Assembly: GCA_028534125.1 (NCBI GenBank)
Contig: CM052847.1
Coordinates: 23,126,001 to 23,190,000, forward strand
From: Lama glama
Lineage: Eukaryota
Direction of reading: 5' to 3'
DNA: 64,000 nucleotides
Position numbers and translations under genes: made by a program. Under the pieces are notes generated by a model. That model saw nothing but the letters and a program-made list of their open reading frames with translations. It was not told the DNA's origin and searched no databases. Positions 1 to 10,700 of the stretch are shown here, piece after piece (positions within the stretch are counted from its first letter, which is position 1; every line of letters begins with the position of its first letter).

Positions 1-620
1 GTCGCGAGCATGGCGGACCGCAGCCTGGAAGGCATGGCGCTGCCCCTGGAGGTGCGGGCCCGGCTGGCCGAGCTGGAGCTGGAGCTGTCGGAAGGTAACA
101 GGCCCCGCGCTCGGCCGGCCGCGCTGTCACGGGGGCCGGGGCGCGGGCGGGAGGGCGGGCGGGGGTCCCGGCGCCGGTGCGAGCGCGGCCCCCGCCCTGC
201 GGCTCTGCGTGGTCGGCCGCGGGCCCCGCGCCGGGGGCCTGGGGAGCCGGACGGGGCCGCGGGGCCGGGCGCGCAGGACGGGGCCGCCGGGCCTGGGGCG
301 CAGCCGGGGCGCAGGACGGGGCGGCCTTGCGCGCGGCCTGGCGGACGGGGCCGTGTCCTTGGTGCGCGTCCGAGCGCTGCCCACCGCGGCCGGGCCGGGG
401 GCGGTTCCGCGTTGCGCGGCCTGATGCGCCGCGGGCCTCGTTCTAATGCGAAACTTGTCGTTGGACTTGAGGGCTTGATCGCCGGGGTCCGAGGCCCGTC
501 CTGGCTGGACGGGGATAGAGCTACCTTTGTTCCTGTGGGCTGGGACGTGAAGGCTGCTGAAACGGAGAGCCTCCTCCCTCAGGCCGGGCTTGTGCGGGTT
601 CCCATCGGCTCGTACTTAGA
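1..620. promoter_or_regulatory. CpG island over exon 1 and the start of intron 1
   Basis: Extremely GC-rich with dense CpG (gcgcgggcgg, ggccgcgggc), GC boxes (GGGCGG) at ~145-165; composition falls back after ~620. Confidence 0.9.
10..94 (+). CDS. DIP2C: DIP2C (disco-interacting protein 2 homolog C), first coding exon; start of the N-terminal DMAP1-binding domain
   Basis: Translation MADRSLEGMALPLEVRARLAELELELSE(G) matches the mammalian DIP2C N-terminus as I recall it. Good Kozak context (agcATGg). The 85 coding nt end at donor GAAG|GTAACA (GT at 95-96), phase 1, consistent with continuation into G-DITQKGYEKKR in exon 2. Confidence 0.96.
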
Positions 621-891
621 TTTGTGACAGATTTGCTACAGTGATTTCATGGGGTGTTATCTACGGTTTCCTATTTGCTCTTAATGGTGGAATCATGTGC
701 TCGACTGTCATAAGTTTTAGATCGGGTTTTGCTACGTCCTAAAAAAAATAGCCACTAAAGTTCCGAAATGTTGAATGTTTAATATGGATTGAGAATTCCC
801 CCGGCTCACCCTGGGAAGGCCACTCATACGCTGTGGGGGTGGGGATGGGCCGGCGCTCTCGGATTTCTATTTGGAGCAGTTTAGTGGTGAC

Positions 892-892
<1 letters not shown>

Positions 893-935
<43 letters not shown>
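893..935. repeat. (TG)n microsatellite, ~21 units
   Basis: Perfect TG run read directly. Confidence 0.98.
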
Positions 936-937
<2 letters not shown>

Positions 938-3900
938 CGGTTTGCGGGGCTGGCAGCCAGAAAGTGGATTCGCTCGTGCCAGTTTTCATCAGCAGGGAGG
1001 AGCTGCTGCTGACCGTAAGTTTGTTTTCCTTAACACTTTCAGGGTGAAGAGGGGGTGCAGGTGGGAGCCTGGCCTGGGGTGCCTTTTCAGACGTCCAGAG
1101 ACGGGAGAGATGCTTCTGCCTCACATGTGGGCTCCACAGCGTTCTGTAATGTCCAGCAGTCCCCCAGGAGGGGACTGTCTGTTGGGCTCTGTGCTCAGCA
1201 GACACTGTTCTGCAGGCTTGAGAACGAGAGTGCTGTGCTCTACTGGGGGCAGTACTCAGGTCTACACCTGTGCGTGAGTGTGCCGCGTGGACAGGTTGCT
1301 GGGAAGGATGAAGTCTCCATCAGAACACGTTTGCCCAAGTTCTCTGATTTTGTCGATGTTCAGATGGTTTCCCTTCACCTCACAGCTCCTTGTAGCTCTG
1401 CACCACTGTTGTATTATTTACAGCTCCTCATCATTCACGCATCATCTCCGAACAAGCACTCTGCTACCTCTTTGTTACTCTAATGTTGAGTGTCAGCGCT
1501 CGTCTGTGTTAGCAAAGTGAGGGGCCCTCTGAGCCCACTTCCCCCTCAGCCTGGGATGGGCTCACTGTTGCTTCTGTGCATCTGGGCAGTTCCTGGCCCC
1601 TGGTGGGAGTGGCCACTCGTGAACATGGACTTAGGCACGCTCACCTGCTAGGTGGCACTCACCTGTCACCATCAGTCGCTCCTGGAATGTGTGCCTGTTG
1701 CTTAGAGGATGGCAAACCGCTTTAGACCACGATGTGCTCCACCCAGATCTCTGCAAACACCTTTGTCCCTATAGGTTTTTAAAAAGGGCTTAATGCCTTT
1801 CTTGTTGAGTGTCTGGGCAGGGAAAGAGGTATGTGTTTGCATGCGGGAAGCGCATTCTTGTTTTTCTCTCTCTCTCTCAACCTTGCCAGGCCTGTCGGAA
1901 CGCAGCAGAGTAAGAGTCAGAGGGCTCGCCCATTAGCTGTGTCTTCTTTGACTTGCTTTGTCCGTGCTGAGTCGATTGGGTTTCTCTTTAAGGTCATTTG
2001 GAATTTTGTGTCTTGTGACCACATAAAGTAGTTTTACTGGCTTAAGTTAGGTGAATCAACTTGTTTTCCAGTATTGCTTAATAGAAACCAAAAAATGGTT
2101 GGATCAGAAATCTTGTCTCTTTACATTTTGGGACTTAAAAAAATCCCCCAACATACCAACTTTCAAACCGAAAAGTTCAAACAACTTTTAATTCCAAGTT
2201 ATTTAAGTGTGTTGCTTTCATATTTTCCCTTCAGTCAAGGTTCAGGTGGAGATAATTCTTTACACTAGTCCTCATCATTTTATTAAAATGTCAGAAAGTA
2301 TCGTGGAAACATGGGTGGACTTGCCAGTGCTCAGTTCCTACAGAGGAGGATGGAAAAACAATTCCATTTTAAGCACATAAGGTAGGTTGAAAAAACAGAG
2401 TAGTCTTTTCTCTCCAAGTTCCTCTGTGGTCTGCCAGTGCTTAATGGTGGTGTATTATCTAGATTTGAAGGCACTGGAGCAGTTTTGGTTGCACTGTCTG
2501 CCGGGGCTGTTGCAGACACTAACGTTGCTCCATTTTATGGGTCTCTGTTTGGTCAGGATTGCAGATTGACTTCTTGGCTGCAGAACTCAGGTTTCCACTG
2601 TGTTGCCTGGCTGGTGGCTGCCTCTTCTCTCCGCTTGTCTGTTTATAACCAGTACTTCCCTGTCCCTGCAGAACCACGATGCCAGCAAAGAGTGGGAGGT
2701 GGGGCACTGACAGCCTCCAGGCCGCGTGTCTGGGTGACGCCGTTGGTGTGGGGCCAGGGGTTGTCGCTCTGGTGACTCCTTGGGATGGAACGTGAGACGG
2801 AGGGGCCTCCACACCAGGGAGCAGGGCTGCTACGTGCCGGGGGGAGCGGTTTCTCCACACACTTTCCCCTGAATCAGTTTCTTCTTCCTTTCCCTACATT
2901 CTTGCCTTTTGGAATCCTGCAGTTTTCTATTTGACTTTAGGAGGGCCCCAAAGTAGTTTCATGAATACGTGAATAAACATTACTTGGCTGGAGGAAAAAC
3001 TTTAAATGGAAATGCCAGCAAAGCAATGAGGAAACAGAAAAGTTCTCAATAGAGACAGACTCATGTCTTACTAAAAAAAATCAGTTGTTAAAAAAAAGAA
3101 AAGAAAAAATTGAGTTGTTGATTGAAATTCAGCAATAATTTCTGTTAACCAATGCCTTGCATCCCAGGCAGTGCACACACTGGACTTGCACTCCAGAAGC
3201 TCACACCCTGCTCTCTTGGGAGTGGTTACGTTCCTATTTTGGTAGAACGTAGAGAAATTGCCTTGTGATCTGGCCTGGGAAAGCTGTTTGGTGTTTGCAG
3301 AAGTCTGTTAGCTTTACACTTTGTGGCTTTTTAGTTGTCCGCGTGACTACTGAGTACCGGCCTTTTGCTCACAGGAGTTAGCCTGCAACGTACCAAATGA
3401 CTGCAGGTATTAGCTATGTTCCGTAATCGCGTCCAGATTAACATTTTCTAGTGAGTGTGAAGCTGCCCAAGGAAGGAGGTAGATGCTAACTTAAATATCA
3501 GTTCTTAGTGCTGCTCAAGGAACCAATAATTTCTTCAGTTGCGGCTGAGCAGTTCACACGCAGCTGGCATAACCGTCACCAGAGTAAAACCTGAGAGATG
3601 GCCAGTTGGAAGGTGTGTAGATTTGGGAGGGGTGGAATTTTCAGGTAGCAGGTGCACATAGCTCCAGAACTTGCGTTGTGTCCCCGCAGCCCCTGTGCTT
3701 TTCTTGGAGGTCCCTGCAGCCGCAGAGCCTGGGACCACCTTCCAGGGTTGGCAAGAGGAGACCCGCCGTCTCTAACACAACCCACACACTCTCCTCACTG
3801 CAGGGAGGAAGTGGACTCTGGAAAACAAATATGTGAAAAAGTGTTTTCTTCCACAGTCGCACTGATAATTTGTTGTAATTGGGAGGGGAAGCTGAAGGGG

Positions 3901-6900
3901 TCAGCAGATTCAGGGAATAATATCTGAGCCTCTCCACCTGGAACCGGACCTCCCTGTTGTCAGCAAAACCTCTTTACCCTGTGGCGTCCGCCCCAGCGCT
4001 GTCCCACGTCGCTGTAGGTATTGTGGTGAGTGGAGTGGAGTACTTGGCTTGATAGACCTGGACGATTGTTACCTGTATTAAAAAATCTGCAAAATGGCAG
4101 CATGGATGTGTGTGGGATTTGAATGTGTGGACCTGAATTTTAACAGTTTTTCAGTTATGAAAATAGCAAGACTTGAATGATCTTTTCTCGATGAATAAAT
4201 ATAGATGTCAAATTGAGTCAGGAAACTACGGAGGGAAACACATACACATTAAAGGCTCTGACGTGTAAGATTGTTCCCGGTGCACACGAGGCGTGTGTGG
4301 TGCTGAAGTCTCGCTCGGCTCCAGTGTTGCGAGGTCACAGCTGTGACAGCGACTGTTTGGCTTCATGCTGGGCCCGCGGGCTTTATACTCTTGTGCTGTT
4401 GGACGTTATGAGTCACGTCTTGCCTTCCTCCTCCCAGCCTTTTTCAGATGGGTTGTCCCTTTTTTTAGAACTGATTTTTTTTTTAAAGCAGTGATTTATC
4501 GGATGAGCTGTACCATTCTTCTGAATTGCAAAGAGAATGTATTGGATAATCTTGGTTTTGATGTCGGGTGTGTATGGGCTGACTCACCAGTTCAAAGCCT
4601 GGTCGTATCAAGATCATTTCCAGTTCTCGTCGTTACTCAAGCACCTTCATAGATGTGGATGCTTGGTTATTGGCTTCATTTCGAACTTTGGTGTTTGTCC
4701 TGGGAGCAGGGGACCCTGTGTCACCTTGGGTTTCACCATTGTCGTCCTCCAGTCTCTCCTCCTGTACACACCCACTTTCAAGGTTGCCAGCGTTGGTTTT
4801 CCTTCTTTCATGATCTTTCTGTGTGCCCTGCAGAGGTCACCTACTGGTATTGCCAGTGCTCTGCTCTTTCTGCTGAGAAGGTCGAAAACTTGTCACTCTC
4901 GGAAGAAGCAGTTGCATCCATTTGTTTGTGATGATAAAAACCAGTGCTCTCAAAGGGGAGGCTCTAATCGGGAACCCCAGCTGGCGTGGGGTGAGAACGC
5001 AGGAGTCGGCTTGCCAGAGGAGCGAGTGCTCTGCGTCTAGGCACTTCCTTCAGGAACCAACGGGATGTTAATGCTAATAAGCCCTTGAGGCAGTAAAGTG
5101 GGAAAATGCTGAAATACTGAGCTGCAGACGTCAGCACCTCAGCGAGCAGCCTGTTTGGTGGGGGTGGGAGGGGATGCTGTTTGGTTCTGCTGCTGCTGAG
5201 TGTCTTGGAGACTAAAACGTGCTCTCTGTGCTGTGACAACTGCACTCTGAGGTACTTCTTTACTGAAGTGCTTTGGACAACAGGTATGAAAAATCAGGAA
5301 AAAGAGCTGTCCGAGACAGGGAGGGACAGAGGGGTTCTGCGATTGCTGGTGGGTTAAATAGACCTCCTTCTGGGCTGCTGGTTTTAAATAATTTTTTTTG
5401 CTTATTAGGTAGGAAACTCTGTGTCATAATGAAAAGATTGAAGGCTGTGGGCTGGATGCAGACTAATTCCGTCAGCCCCGGAGAGTGATTCCTTGCACGC
5501 CTCTCCACAGTTATGCATAATCTATTTATTTATTTTATTGAATTATCTGGTTAGTCAAGTCACATATTTTTCTATTTTATTTGCTAGAGAAACTATAACA
5601 TTTTAAAATTATGAAAAAAAACCAAACAAACAACATGTAAATACGTCCCCTCTTCAACACGGGCTGTTTCACACCCACCAGCCTCAGGTCTGAGCCCTGT
5701 TCACTCAGTCCTGGGCAGAGAGGAGCCGTCTTCCGGAGCTGCAGGCGTGAGGCTACTCCTTGTGTCAGGAGTTTACAGAACATGTAAGGTCTTGGCTGGG
5801 AGAGGCCCTCGCAGCCTGGTTTCCTTGGTCAGATGCTGGGTCCCCCGCACTTGCGGCCTCGTTCTGGCTGTGCCCCCGTGGGGATGGAGCACGTGTCTGG
5901 ACCTCTTCACTCCCAGAAAAACACGCACATTCACGTGGGATCCCGGTCTTACCTCCTCGCCTTTCTCTCCAAGCTGAAGACGGAGGTGGCGTGAATCTGT
6001 GTGACCACCTCGCCGAGGAAGTGCTTCCTGCGCACAGTGGAATTTGTTGGCCAGTTTACCTGGGATGGAAATGGAAATGTAGACGGTGTTACTAGTTAAC
6101 CATATCAGCAGATTCTGGGTCTTTGCGAGTGAAGTAATGCGGGTGGAGAGCGTGTGTTAGAATGCAGACACCACAGGCCCAGGACGTCATGTTACAGCTC
6201 CTCGTGTCTGATGACATGAGCTTATAAACCCTCGGGGGAGAAGAGTGGCCGCCGGGCTGGGTGTCATCGGAGGACAGGAGCAGGTGACATCTGGAGTCGG
6301 CCCAGCGCCTTAGGAAGGGCAGGCTCACTTAGGAACCATCATCAGTCTGAGGGGCTGGATTTTGGTGCTGCGGGAACTTAAAGCTCAAGAATCGATTTGT
6401 AACTTGTGGGTGACCTTCTTCTGTGCTTCCTGAATCTCCTTGGGTCTTTCTCTAAATCCTGTTTGCAGAGATTTGTGTGAGGATCTTGAGATTTCTCATG
6501 AATGTCCACTGAGACACCTTCCTCCAGGCTGATTTTCGTCCACTGCCGTCCTGGCATCACCTCTGCTGAGCTGGCTGGTCCCTCCCAGCCTCAGCTTCCT
6601 CGGCTGTCGGGGGGGTTGATAACCCACCCCAGGGTTGTAGCGAGGATCAAGGTGGCGGTGTCACAGTGTCTGCATCCAGCTCTGCTGGGACAAGTCTCCT
6701 GCCCTCCCTGTCCCTCCCCGCCCCAGTTCATCCGGGTGATTTGAGGTCACAGTGGTCCTGGGAGTGGCCTTGGGAGGAGAGCTGTGGAGGGGAGGGGTTT
6801 CACTTCTGCTTGGAGGGCACACTTCTCAGCAGATGCCACCCGGGCATGGGGTTAGCTTCAGCATTGCGATGCCTTTTTTTTTTTTTTTAAAGACAAAACA

Positions 6901-6915
6901 TCATTTCCGGCAGCA

Positions 6916-6947
6916 TCTATATTCTTGGAAGTCTATATTCTTGGAAG
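6916..6947. repeat. 16-bp tandem duplication
   Basis: tctatattcttggaag twice, perfect. Confidence 0.9.
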
Positions 6948-7014
6948 CCCCGTTTTCAGCCCCTTTAATTTTTAATAGGAAAGTGGGGGAAGGATGCCCT
7001 AGCTCAGATTCAAG

Positions 7015-7092
7015 TCCAAGTGTAGCTGGGAAGGCCGTCCTGTTAGGTTCTGATCCAGGTGTGGCTGAGAAGGCCATCCTATTAGGTTCTGA
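7015..7092. repeat. 39-bp tandem duplication
   Basis: tccaagtgtagctgggaaggccgtcctgttaggttctga followed by tccaggtgtggctgagaaggccatcctattaggttctga. Confidence 0.9.
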
Positions 7093-7135
7093 ATGTCGAA
7101 TCTTGTGATCATGTTTCTCGGGACCACGTGGGCCT

Positions 7136-7191
7136 TCCTGGCAGCATCAGTCCCGAAGCTTCCTGGCAGCGTCAGTCCCGAAGCTTCCTGG
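7136..7191. repeat. 25-bp tandem duplication (2.2 copies)
   Basis: tcctggcagc(a/g)tcagtcccgaagct twice, plus tcctgg. Confidence 0.9.
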
Positions 7192-7697
7192 GAGAGCTGC
7201 CTGGATGTCTCCAGCCTTACCCTCCGCTCTCTGCTGGAGACGAAGCCCAGGGTCCGCCAGCTGTGACTCCGGGAATCTTCCTCCTGGAAGCTGGCACCCC
7301 TCTTGTGCCCCTCTGTCTGGTGATGTGCACGTGGATGCCGCTGGACCGGCCGCATGGGCGGGGTGGCTCTGCAAGGCCAGGTCAGAGCCAGGCTCGCTGC
7401 GGCAGTGGACCCGAGGCTCCGTGCCCACCTGCCCGGCACTCGTGAAAGGTCCTGGAATTCTGTCCCCTGATCACCCTGGCAGTTACGTGGGCTGAGTTCC
7501 GTCTGGATTTTGTGAGTGTGAGTGGGATCTTTTTCTTACTGACTTGCATGAGCTGCTTCTTTTAAAATGAAAACCAGAGACAGTTTGACCTCCCCCCCAC
7601 CATGAAGTTAATAGTATCGAAAGTTATGGCTTCAATTACGCATAATAACTGTGTGACATGAAGTAATAAGGTGAAGCTGTATTTCATGCTAGATTCT

Positions 7698-7773
7698 TTT
7701 TTTAATTTTATTTTTTATGGAAGCGTATGTGATTTACAATATTAGTTTCAGGTGTACAGCAAAGCAGTTCCAC
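7698..7773 (-). mobile_element. Severely 5'-truncated L1 (3' terminus only) with a 14-bp TSD
   Basis: T-rich tail followed by gaagcgtatgtgatttacaatattagtttcaggtgtacagca (antisense L1 3' end). Perfect direct repeat tcatgctagattct at 7684-7697 and 7774-7787. Confidence 0.85.
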
Positions 7774-10700
7774 TCATGCTAGATTCTCAAGTGAATGCCA
7801 TCAGGCTTCAAAACATCTTTTGTTTTTACTTATTTTGATGAATGTATTGGGGGCTTGAAGGCTGTTGAGATTTGCTTATATAATCTTCAAGGAGCTATTT
7901 AAACAAGGGTGAACTTTGGCTAAACTTATGTCATTAAGATACACCTATTTAAAACCAGGGGAAAAGTGTATCAACTTGCCAGGTGGAACTTTGTTGCTAA
8001 TATACCTTGCGATGTACCTCCTGCCCACAAGTTACAGTTGCAGCGCCGTGTCCTGGAGGGAAGGTCTGTAAAGGTGAGGCTTGGTGTGCGAGTGGGTTTT
8101 GTTGTTTCACTTGCTTTTAGCTCGGATGAATGTAGTCTTACTGCATGCTGCCGGGAAGGTAGGCTTCCGCCACCAGCACAACACTGATGGGGGCCAAAGG
8201 AGAAATAGCACTTGGGGTTATTTTGTTACTGATCTTAGAGTCTGGACTTGGAGAATATCTCAAATACTGGTGCACAAGTCAAGGAAAAGGAAGTGGAATT
8301 CTCCCCGCACCTGCGATGGTGCTGAATTATCTCACTCAGCTGTCACACAGTAAGGGATTTTATAATGCCTCCTGGCATTCTAGGATTGCTTCTCTGTCAT
8401 CAGGGAGATCTGGTCCTATACACGGGGCAGGAAGGAGCCTTGACATTGTTTCCTTCACGACTTGTTGTGGTTGACATGACTAGGATTCTGGTTGAAATCT
8501 GCCCTTTATGGAAAGTGTTGTACTCCACCTCCCCCAGATACAGAGCAGCAAGGGCTTGGGGAAGGAATGTGGGCACAAGCTCCTGGGACGGGCTGCTGTT
8601 CCGCAGGAGACGGAGGTCTGCTCTTGGGGTTCTCACTGCGATGGGAAGCTTGCTGGCGATTGCATCAGTGGGATCATAGGGCAGGTTTGATAACTATCAC
8701 TTATTTGTTGTTCTTGGAAGAGTGATGGGAGCATATTTAAACACCAGCATTCCTTGAAACAAAAAGGTATGAAATAAACCTTATAAATCACAGGATGCCT
8801 TAGAGCTTTCAGTGGCATTCGTATTGATCTCTTAGTTCTTTAAAAATATTTTCTGGGGAAGTTTCTTTGTACAGATGAGGATACTAGATTGCAAATAATT
8901 AGAAACCCATCAAGCACTGGAATCTTGGATTCCTGACACATTAGCGCTTTCACGAGTGAACTGATAGGCTGGGTGGCTTTCGAGAGCCTGCCTTCCTTTT
9001 AAACCACACTTGGGGATCCTGGCTTCTCCCCTTGAGACCGGCATGAGGGAGCTCGTGGAGTCCTGGGTGCCCTTGGTGGGGAAGCAGGGGGCGCCCCTCC
9101 CCGCAGTCTCTCCCAGCAGTCGCACTGCCCTTGCACTTGGCTGTGGTGGGTGGAGGGGTGTGCTGCTCACTTTCTTAGCCGGCTGCCTCTAAACTTTACG
9201 TTTAAGACCCAGTCTGTCATTGTGGGGACGGATGTGTGGGTTTTCACTGTACAGCTGCGTATTTTCTGTGTGTTTGAAGTTTCCCTGTTTCTCATAGAAG
9301 ATAAACAGCATCCTTTAGAATCAGGAGGCTGGATATGGTTTGATTTATGAGCGATCTTAATCATTTCGGTCAAACAATGATGCTGCTAATTTCTGTGTCA
9401 TTTCCGGGAAATATATTCTAAACGAGGTTCCAGAAATAACCTCTTCAGTGCCTCTACAAGAGTGCCCTCTCTCAAAGCTTGCTATTACTAACCAGGATGA
9501 TGGCGACCGTGTTTAAGCCGCCACCAGTCACTGACGCGGCAATCAATCTTAGGTCTCTTACGCAGAGTGCTTTTATTCCAAATGGAGAGCCTGACTGATC
9601 TCCAGGCCTTGCAGGGGTGGGGGCCATGTCTAATGGACGTGAATCACGCTCATCCCTGGTCCCCAGAGAACCACAGTCGTGTCAGTAGGAGTGGACAGTG
9701 CGTAACTCGGACTTTTAAATCAGATGTTGCAAATTGATGTCTTTTTTTGGTGGGAACGAAATCTGTTGTCTGTTACAGGGAGGATGCTTTCACATCACAG
9801 GCCAGCATTCCCTGGCTGTGCCCACGTGCCGAGCACTGTGTTAGGTCTTACACAGACTACCCTTTGTAAAGGGCATTTCTCACAAAAAGGGGAGCGTGTT
9901 AGCTTGCCGAGTCCATGTGGCTGAGCAGGAGGTGCAAGTCTGCCTGGTTTGCACCGGACACCAGCTCTCCTCACTCGCTGGAGGCCACCCTCGTGCGGTG
10001 AGTTGGGGATCCCAAGTAGGAAATAGGGTGTTTAAAGAGATACCAAGTTTCACGGCAGGTGTGGTGAGCTTTCCTTTTTACATACTATCTTCACAAACCC
10101 TAAATGATATGTTTTTTTCCACCTAATATAACAATCAACTTAGTCACCAGCCCTTACTAATACATAGTACCATGAAGGAGCTTGCAGTCTCAAAAAAAGA
10201 TCCTTTATTTTCATAACTGTAATATGCCTGATAAAGTTGTCAAGATTGTGGCTTCCTTTTGTTTCCTTTAGATCCTTGAGTGGAAGCTATTTAGTGATTA
10301 CTCACAATTATGAGAATAATCTAGTGATCAGAGAAATCTTGCTGGAACAAATCTGTGTCTTCCTTCCTTTTATGTAAAACAAACAAAGAAACAAAAAACA
10401 ACCAAAAAACTTAATCCAGGTGGATGTTGGCAGGAATGACCGTGTTTGAAGCAGATGAGGTTTGTGTGGCGTGGTTTCCCGGGCGACCATCTCAGGGAAT
10501 ACCCTAGAACAGCCATCTTTGCTCTCACTTGGTTACACCCTCCCCACCCCCCCCGATTATTCCCATTTGCACCAGAATTTCGAGTCCGTGTGTCCAAGAC
10601 GGTAATTACACGTGTGTGCATGTATCATGCCTTTCTGCTGTGATATGGGCCATTTGAATAGTGCTTTTGGACAGTGACAACTTCCATTCTCGAAACTCCT

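Noticed and set aside
10-627. 205-aa ORF as a single-exon protein
   Set aside because: Only the first ~29 codons match DIP2C. The rest is read-through past the donor into stop-poor CpG-island sequence, giving low-complexity G/R/P/A.
5280-5310. caggtatgaaaaatcagg resembling DIP2C exon 2 (GYEKK)
   Set aside because: It translates RYEKSGKR, without DITQK upstream or KRSKLIGAY downstream; a chance resemblance.
6916-7191. CRISPR-like repeat array
   Set aside because: These are adjacent head-to-tail duplications with no spacers, in a mammalian genome.
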